From: Bugula neritina
Lineage: Eukaryota > Animalia > Bryozoa
Reading direction: 5' to 3'
Length of the DNA stretch: 64,000 nucleotides
Assembly: GCA_964035545.1 (NCBI GenBank)
Contig: OZ037767.1
Location: 27,296,628 to 27,360,627, forward strand
Below the pieces are notes generated by a model. That model was not told where the DNA came from, made no database searches, and saw nothing but the letters and a program-made list of their open reading frames with translations. Positions 56,601 through 64,000 of this stretch are shown here, piece by piece. A program made the translations under genes and the position numbers. How positions within the stretch are numbered: the first letter of the stretch is position 1; each line of letters starts with the position of its first letter.

Positions 56601-59600
56601 TGACATTTGGTCTAAATAAACCATAACTCTTGGTAGTAGCAGAAAAGTTGTAAGAGAAGCTGGTTATATCGAGGTGTGACATGCTGCCATCGGTATCGTT
56701 CAATGAGGTTATGGAATCTAGGTCAACAATCTGCTCCTCCCACAGAAGGTGGTCAAAACCTCGTCCACCTGCAGTGCAAGATGTCTGGTAAACCAACAAG
56801 TTACACCATGACATCATGTAGGAGAGCATAATAAGTATTCATAAATGAATCTATAAGGCTTGTATATTACACATAGTTATAATAAATGCAGTCTTAAAAC
56901 ATAAATTTCAATATTTCTAGCAAAAAGGGACAATAAAGCCTCGAATAATATCGGAGTAAAATGTGGAGTGACATAGTGTACAATGATGTAGTGTAGAGCA
57001 GAGTAGAGTAGAGTAGAGTAGAGTAGAGTAGAGTAGAGTAGAGTAGAGTAGAGTAGAGTAGTGTAGTGTAGTGTAGTGTAGTGTAGTGTAGTGTAGTGTA
57101 GTGTAGTGTAGAGTAGTGTAGTGTAGTGTAGTGTAGTGTAGTGTAGTGTAGTGTAGAGTAGTGTAGTGTAGTGTAGTGTAGTGTAGTGTAGTGTAGTGTA
57201 GTGTAGTGTAGTGTAGAGTAATGCAGTATTTATTGTAGCGTAGTGTAGAGTAATGCAGGATTTAATGTAGCATATGAAATGTGGTACAGTGCAACATAGG
57301 TGGAGTGTAGTGTAACATAGTTGTGGCGGATTTTAATGCAGTGTATTACAGGCAAGTTCTAGTTTTAGGTTTGCTAGTGGTCTCTCATTACATTGTTTAA
57401 AGCAAACAATGATTTAAAATGAATAGTAACTTTATATAATTTTGCTTAATAAAAAATAGCATGCAAGTAGTGGGGTTGAAACCCTCATTGAAGCGACTTG
57501 CTAAACAAGTTGGTGCTACAAGGGCCCAAACCCCACTATTAGTATCCTACTGTCTTGATAAAAATATTCGAGCTAAAAATACAGACGTCACTCCTGAACT
57601 ACCTTTGTAGTTGTCTTGTTCTTCAACAGCATCAGATGTAACGCACACCACCTCGGTGTCGGTGACAGTCAGAACTTTACACGCTGATCCTAAAAGTAAC
57701 CAACACATTCTCTATATCCAATACAGACTAAATTAGCAGAGGAATAGGCTTATGCTAGCCAAGTGCACGCCAATCCTCAATATTCTACGGATGTTTATTC
57801 ACATCTAAAGAGCATCTAAACTGATCTGATAAATACTAGTGACTCTGTTTACATATGCTTACTTTAACATGATATTTTTAAAAATATATTTAATAATCAG
57901 GTTTATTTATTATCAATATTTATTCTTAATATTTTATTTATAATATCTGTTATTATTTTCATGTATATAACATAAATTTTAAAGGAAACCAAAATGTCAG
58001 CTGAATACACGTACCAGCTATCTGGACATCCAATGGTTTGTCAGTTTGATCAAAGTCTTCTCCAGTTATTGTTAGTACTGAGCCACCTTCTAACGACCCC
58101 ATAGCTGGACTCACACTGTCTACCCCTAAACACAACAAGTAAATTACAACCTAAACTGGAGGAGCATAAAGCCACTTGAACAATTCTCCAACACTACCTT
58201 CCATGAATTTGACCATTTTTAAACCACTTGTAACAACTGTTCAAAATGATCTTCAATGCCTTTTTTCATCAGTAAAATAGAGTAATATATGAATATAACT
58301 CAGTGATTATACACAATTTTTTATCACATTTTATCTTAATCCAGTTTAAGTCTACTTCTTTTTATTAAGCAGAAAATGCTCTATGTTATATAATTGCCAT
58401 TATTCTTGTTTAATATTAAGCCTATTAAAATGCTTAAATGAAAATTTAACACCAATTAGCTATTTTTAAAGAAAGCTACAGATATTTCAGCAACTATAAG
58501 CATGCAGTATAAACTTTACAAGATACAGTTAACTACTAGAGACATATACTGCAGTAGACCTACTTGCGTAGGTTTGTACCATTCCTATGGAACCATCTGC
58601 AAATATTCTCAGCACGGTAGGGTCGGGATAACTCCTTCCATATGGAGCTTCAACAATGAAGGAGGCGTTACTGTTGCTGACATATCGGCCGTTCATGTGA
58701 CACTTCATGTAACCATACTGGGAGCTTCCTTCGTCTTCCAGTTCAATACCGTAAGGAATGGAAAGGTCAAAGTTCTCCATGACTTCACACTTTTGTCCGT
58801 TAGCAAACACCCTAATTCATCAACAGTTACAAAATGAAATGATTTTGTCATAAAACTAAATTTACACTCAAGAGAAAACAATCACATTTTAAAAACAAAA
58901 TATATATGTGAAACAGAATCATTTTGTATAACATTAATTTTATCACAAGAATGAAAATTAGAAACAAGAAAAGCTGCAGATAATCAAATGTTTTTTCATT
59001 TGTAACAGATAAGCAGTATATTAATACTCATGCTGATGTTACTCTACACACACTGCGCTACTGATTTGTATTTAGTGACTTCTGGTCTACCAACTAACTG
59101 CCAAGTTTCAGCTGCCTGACCTGAGCATCAGTTTGAGGTTTCCATTAGTACTCGCCTCTTCATGACTCCCTAGTCTGGATGTGATGAGTTTACCTTGCAT
59201 AGTAATGGTAGCATTGGGAGGGGAGGTGATTGGGGTCACCGTACTGAGATGAGGTGTGTAACTACTCTTGGGCTATCAAATAGAGGCAGTAATAAATAAC
59301 AATAGACAAAAGTAGAAATTATTATAATGGGACATAATTGAAGATGAATAAATTATAATCAAAGCAATTTTCAACAATTTTAGTCCATGAACTTTGTGAG
59401 ACTATACAACTACTAAACTTCTACTGTGGGATATATTGACTTAGTCTTAAAGAGCACCTAGCACTTCTTTGCATTCTTAGAAAGCTTAAAAGTCATTCAC
59501 TTTCACTAACATAAAGACTTGTGCATCAGTAAAACATATTCTATGATGTATGAAGACAAAAATAACTCATGAAAGTTATGTAAGATGACAAAATGTCTCT

Positions 59601-62600
59601 TTAAATGTTTTTAGAGCAGGTTTCAGGCTTTTCAATAAAATGTAAAAAATCTCAAATGACAAAAAACTATTAAATGCACAACTAAAAGTTTAAACAAACG
59701 TATGTTTCGCCATAAACAGTGCTTGAGCTATAGTGTTTCCAATTGTTGCAATTTTGTTTACATTTTAATATAAAGTTACAAAAATAATAAATGGAAGATT
59801 GTGAGGTCCTGAAACAAGTGTTTATAATTAATTAGTTTTTATGTATTACATCATAGAACTGAACGTGAAGCAGACAAAGTTGGATGTGCTAGTAAATCAT
59901 AATAAAAATGCATATCTAAACAGCAATTACTTTATGCTTGTTTCTGATAACAATCTAGAATTCTTTGGCAGAAATTTTACCAGTGAGCATATGCATGACT
60001 AAACCTTTGGTATAGAAGAATAGCCATTGTGAACTGCTGTGACAACGTAAAATACTGTGTAAACATCCAGTTATATAACTTGAATAAAATAAAAGAGATT
60101 GCATTAAATTGCCCCTGGTTATTCAAGCTCATGTTTTATTGAGCGCTGCCTATTGAAACTCAAAGTATCACTTTGACAAATCAGCTCTATTTGCTTTTTA
60201 GCACCTCACTGGTACAGAATGTACCCAGAATATAAGATCATTAAGTACATTCACGTCAGTGGAATAACAGCTCTGTAAAATTTTCTTAGAGAAACTTTTA
60301 AAAGTTTTCCTGGATGTAAGCAACTTCCAGGGCTATTACTGTAAACTGGTATATAAAAGAGTTCATCTACTTACTAAAGAGAATGCTTAATATAAAAACT
60401 ATCGTGCTAAAAGTAAATTACATAATTAGATTTCATATTATAATTATTATCTTATAAGAATAGGCAAGTCTCACATCACCATAAAGTAAATATAAATACA
60501 AGAAGCATTGTAAACACCAGTTGTTCATTTTATGAAAACTGTAAATATATACTAAATACTAAAGTTTTATTACCAAGTAAGTCTTCAGCCATACAGATAA
60601 AACCCATTTCTATATCTCAACAATTACAGATTTTCAGCACAATTATACACACTTGAAATTTAGAGTCATTACTAATCAAAGTCATAAAACAAATTAATTT
60701 TGTACTTCAACATAGCTTTAAAAATTACTTAAATTCACAAACTCACAAAACTAGTTAGCCTTAGCACCCACCCTAAATCTGCACTTGGCTTTGTTACTGG
60801 AACAGTGATCAGCTTCCGGTATTTTAACTCCATCCACGTACACCTGCACGTAATAGTCATCCTCCACCATTGGTCTGTAGAGAAACACCAAACTCTTGGT
60901 AAACAAATCAACCCCAGAAAACAGGTGGTGAAAATGAAAACCAGTTCTGATGATTGCAGTTTGCAAGGTTTGTTCATAAAAATGATTGATAACAAACAAA
61001 TACACAAATATAATGCAGGAGGAGGACAGTGTAACTAGTGAACTAGTAAACTAGTATAAAAGCTGGCTTTGATTTCAATTATTCAAAAATCCTCTATGTT
61101 ATATAATTGAGCTTTGTATAAGCATTACAATATAAACACCAACTTGTTGCTTAGTATAACAACCTTTAATCATATTCTCCACTCAAGGTCAATTAAAACT
61201 GTTTTTCAAAAAAATAATGAACACTTAATTGCTTTATCTAACGATAGTAATTTTTTGATAATTAATTAATAATATTATAACAATTTTATATGGAAAACCG
61301 AATATACTAATGGGAAAAAAACTTTGTATAGCAGACTTACACAGTGAAACATTGTATTTGTCTTTCATTGCACCCATCTTTGTGGATATCACACACATAG
61401 GAAGTGGTAGAAGATACCATGAGTACATAGTTACCAAGGTGCTGCTGGCCTGCTCCATAGTTGAACTGGTTCTTGGCGAACCCTGAGGGAATGCAACAGA
61501 ATAATTATATTCTTTCTCAACAAGAGCAATAAGTAGCGAAATCTAAACAAGTGTTAGAAAAAGCAGATGAAAAAATCTCAATCAAGTTACTTATCAACAA
61601 CCACCATTTTTGGTTTGTTAACTAGTCTGTGAAATAAAATTTGCGAATAAAGTTGAATTTTCAAAACTAGAGGTTGAAAAAAATCAGTGATATGTTAACC
61701 AAAATTTTTTTTTTACAGTCACCAAATTAACTACTCGATTATTACATGCATAAGCATAGCTTTTGCATATAACAAGTTTATGTATGCGGCAAAATGCAAC
61801 ATCCTAAATAGCCAATTATATTTTCAATAAAAAAGATAATTATTGATAGAATTTTGGTATAAGTTACACTAATACTAAATATTATGAGAATACATACAAA
61901 ACCCCCGAAACCTGTTTTCAAAACCAATACCAAAGATGTTTACGCCCTGCAGAGTACATGAACTTAAACCACAATGTATTAAAACTGCTAATCTAAACAA
62001 TTAAACAGAATTCAGTGACAGGTAAACTAGTATTAAATATTTTCAATAGCAGATGTTTTACATAATAATCTTTATGTACAAGCTCTATGCCAACCTGTAC
62101 AAGAATATATACAGTACATGTTTATACACTTATATTATTTACAGGTTGTGTAAGAAAGACCATTACTGTACTGTATATTTTACTGCAGATTTTATAGTTG
62201 ACCAATAAAAAATTATAATCCATGCTGGGAGAGCACAAGGTTTTACATAATACATGTAAGATATGGCTAGAAGTTATCCTAATAGAGCCAATTGAAACTA
62301 GGAATATTTTAGGGCTAGGAAACTAAAAGGGAAATTTCTAACGCAATTGTCTTGATAATAAAATTATTTCCCAACTTCAAGCAGAAAGACTGTCACAGAG
62401 CAGAAGCCTGAGAGTACCTTGTCCATTGATGGTGAGAGTCATGCCACCATAAGTTCCTCCATCAGCAGGGGTTATGGAGGTGACAAGTGGCTCTGGCTCA
62501 ATTTCACAGTTACATTGCCCTGCAAGAAAACAACCATACTATCAATTTATATTTCTAAAGATGAACTTTTGCCAAGGCAGCAGTTGCAGCGGCATCATTG

Positions 62601-63596
62601 CACAAAGACTAAAACAGCATATTTAGATCTAAAGAAAGTGCAAAGGTGTTAATTGAGTGCACATATGAGAGAAGTAATTATAAGTTATTTTGGTAGCAAC
62701 CATGGAGTATTTGTATATAAGTCTTTATGTAATGATTCTATTTTTTATATGCTCACCACATGACCAGCAATAAAAACTATTGATTTTTAAATGATCTTAT
62801 CTGAGCTGTTTCTAAACATAAAACCTCATTGCTTTTATTCAGTACCTTATGATGAAAAATAAAAGAGTATTCCTAGTTATAATATTGAAGCATACATTAT
62901 TTATTTGCAATTAAACATTTTGAATGTCCTTGAAATTCAAACTTTATTACAACAGACTGTAAAAGATTTTTAAATAAAGGTTTTTATATCCCAGCATATC
63001 TAAATAACTAATAGCAAACAGAAAAAAATTAAAATATTGCTTAGAAATAATCAAAACTCAAGGGGTTTAACTTTTGCTTTTCTATTGACTGTCAAGTACA
63101 GTTCAATAATAAAGTAAAGGATCAACTCTCATTGGCAAGGTTTTAAGACTAGCCATTAATCTTGCCAATATGTCCACAGAGTATGTACAAATGACAATGA
63201 TACTATATGTAACATCAAATTTTTACAGTTTCAACAGGCACCTTTTCACCACAATAATCTACATGCTGACCTAAATACTATGAAGCAGTACTGAAACAGT
63301 ACCGTAGTGTTTAACTTATAAATATGTTTAGTAGTTGAATGTAAAAGCAGGACAATAAAACTTAAAGTGACAATTTGATGCTACTGGATTACAAGTAAGC
63401 TTTAACACAAAGTTTCACAGTGAAATATATTGTAGACATCTGTGTAAGAGCTAACCTGCATTACAGAAAATAATTTGCAAGTAGTTGAAAGATAAACTAG
63501 CTGTATAAATAAGTTTTACTAACCAGCAAAAGAAAATAGTAGAACGGCTAAAATGATTTTGCCAAACTTCCAAGCTTTTTGGCCAGCCAATGCCAT
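19574..63596 (-). CDS. PKHD1L1: Fibrocystin-L-like (PKHD1L1/PKHD1 family) giant single-pass membrane protein; several dozen exons, apparently complete
   Basis: Domain order from 5' to 3': signal-peptide exon 63524-63596 (MALAGQKAWKFGKIILAVLLFSFAG|QCNC); N-terminal NQFNYG and QTYA motifs; many IPT/TIG repeats (ITSISPxSGSxxGGxxLTITGxGF); two G8 domains; beta-helix region (MRAEVGLLTHNV, GQAFRLGRYPIHFH, GPQDHGWCSGYTCRKRVSTF); RKKR site; TM exon ~20564-20677; tail ending RSWGY* at 19574-19576. Confidence 0.93.
23860..24450 (-). repeat. 42/43-bp minisatellite, 14 copies, each containing the 3' splice site of exon 23783-23876
   Basis: Minus-strand unit is approximately TACAATATT(T)CTACAG|ATAAGAGTAGTAAATGTATACAATACT. 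Copies recur every 42 nt; two units are 43 nt. Confidence 0.92.
25622..26040. repeat. Intronic ~20-bp minisatellite (AAAGTACTAGAATGTACTGG)n
   Basis: Directly visible; built from 10-bp subunits around GTAC. Confidence 0.92.
31615..31838 (+). mobile_element. tRNA-derived SINE with target-site duplication
   Basis: A-box TGGCCTAGGGG, anticodon-like loop TTCATAA, B-box GGTTCGAGC, a non-tRNA body and a T-run at the end. Flanked by the direct repeat TAAGTTGAATTA (31603-31614 and 31839-31850). Confidence 0.8.
32024..33256 (-). other. Second G8 domain of fibrocystin-L
   Basis: WGGNNGDGTFGLPVDGTDVKI...IYIYGVLEFE...ATHILLLGGRLFVGWEDNPMRGNVEIILRG...GAKAIGVFGSLDIHG. Confidence 0.85.
36747..36811 (-). 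repeat. Three 23-bp copies of a splice acceptor plus exon start (CTGTAG|GTGATGGTGTTTG)
   Basis: CAAACACCATCACCTACAG at 36747, 36770 and 36793 on the + strand. Confidence 0.9.
40377..41147 (-). other. First G8 domain of fibrocystin-L
   Basis: YVDVWSSVYTWGGGPLPEEGDLVEIPQGQTLLLD...GKLVFDEKDVELQAENILIVDGGTLQVGTEDEPFQHKGIITMHG...YGAKTLGVRNGTLDLHG. Confidence 0.85.
41436..41660. repeat. Intronic minisatellite (AGTCACAGTTACT/AGTCACACTC)n
   Basis: Directly visible. Confidence 0.88.
42683..42955. repeat. (TA)n and degenerate TA/CA low-complexity tract
   Basis: Directly visible; produces spurious YIYI-type ORFs. Confidence 0.85.
48830..48897. repeat. Three copies of a 23-bp unit (TGTGTCATGACTGACATCAACAG) just upstream of an acceptor
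   Basis: Directly visible. Confidence 0.85.
49598..49763. repeat. 10-bp tandem repeat (TAGANTATTA)n
   Basis: Directly visible. Confidence 0.92.
52212..52340 (+). mobile_element. Diverged, deleted second copy of the tRNA-derived SINE
   Basis: Collinear similarity to 31621-31810: TGTGGCC.AGG, GGTG...AAG..CAT...TCATAATTG.TCCTG, AAGTCCTTAGCC, CCTTCC, GGTTT.TCACAG. Confidence 0.65.
52657..52805. mobile_element. MITE copy 2 (inverted relative to 450-598)
   Basis: Inverted repeat GAGAAATTGAGAAAGCCT (52664-52681) / AGGCTATCTCAATTTCTC (52780-52797). The reverse complement aligns collinearly with 450-598, including GGTTGAAATTCT. Confidence 0.75.
53568..53656. repeat. (TA)n microsatellite, ~44 units
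   Basis: Directly visible. Confidence 0.95.
56985..57250. repeat. Compound pentanucleotide microsatellite (GTAGA)n(GTAGT)n
   Basis: Directly visible. Confidence 0.95.
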
Positions 63597-64000
63597 GCTA
63601 TTTCTCTTCTTCGAAATGGCTTGCAATCATAAAACAACCTGTTTTAAAATAAAAAAAGTGTTGTGCGTCAACCAAGTTAGCTGGTTGAGCAACCTATGAA
63701 GCAAATCGAGTTAGTGAATAGGTAACGGCATATTTTACAAACATGTCTTTTCAAAAGGTGAAATCAATTGGGAATAATGTTCAAAAGCAGTCAATAAAAT
63801 CCTTTTGATATAGTCAATACTGTATACAAAGTTTAATATACTATTTTATTTGTGTAAGGTTTCACACTAAAAATGTTTATTTTCCTAGCACTATGGGTTA
63901 ATGAAAATAACCTAAAAAAACAAAAGGCTTTAGTTTCAAATATCCAGCAGCTTTGAAGGATATAATTTTTATTATGCAGGCCAATGAGCTAGAAGCTTAT

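Noticed and set aside
19882-62652. Numerous short plus-strand ORFs opposite fibrocystin-L exons (e.g. 43039-43293, 50122-50454, 58502-58837)
   Set aside because: They are antisense shadows of GC-richer exons with no recognisable motifs or consistent splice structure.

Overview
AT-rich, intron-rich animal genomic DNA, probably from an invertebrate; the species cannot be determined from sequence alone. Exons were assembled by hand from splice sites and reading frame. Six protein-coding genes are supported: (1) the 3' end of an SLC16/monocarboxylate-transporter-like MFS gene (+, 1-1593); (2) a ~13-exon, divergent TBC/Rab-GAP-like gene (-, ~3724-10885); (3) SPRING1/C12orf49 (-, 10925-12347); (4) LSM8 with an intronless CDS (+, 12755-13042); (5) VTA1 (-, 13998-16950); and (6) an apparently complete ~44-kb fibrocystin-L/PKHD1L1-like gene (-, 19574-63596), from signal peptide to cytoplasmic tail. 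Introns hold a 5'-truncated RTE-type LINE, two copies of a tRNA-derived SINE, two copies of a TA-flanked MITE and many mini/microsatellites. The most unusual observation is at 10780-11050. The TBC-like ORF starts 39 nt after the SPRING1 stop, in the same frame with no other stop between them. A candidate 153-nt GT-AG intron would remove that stop, so the locus could be dicistronic, a readthrough fusion or a spliced fusion. Also notable are tandemly amplified 3' splice sites in the fibrocystin-L gene (14 copies and 3 copies), uORFs abutting two start codons, and two likely GC-AG introns.
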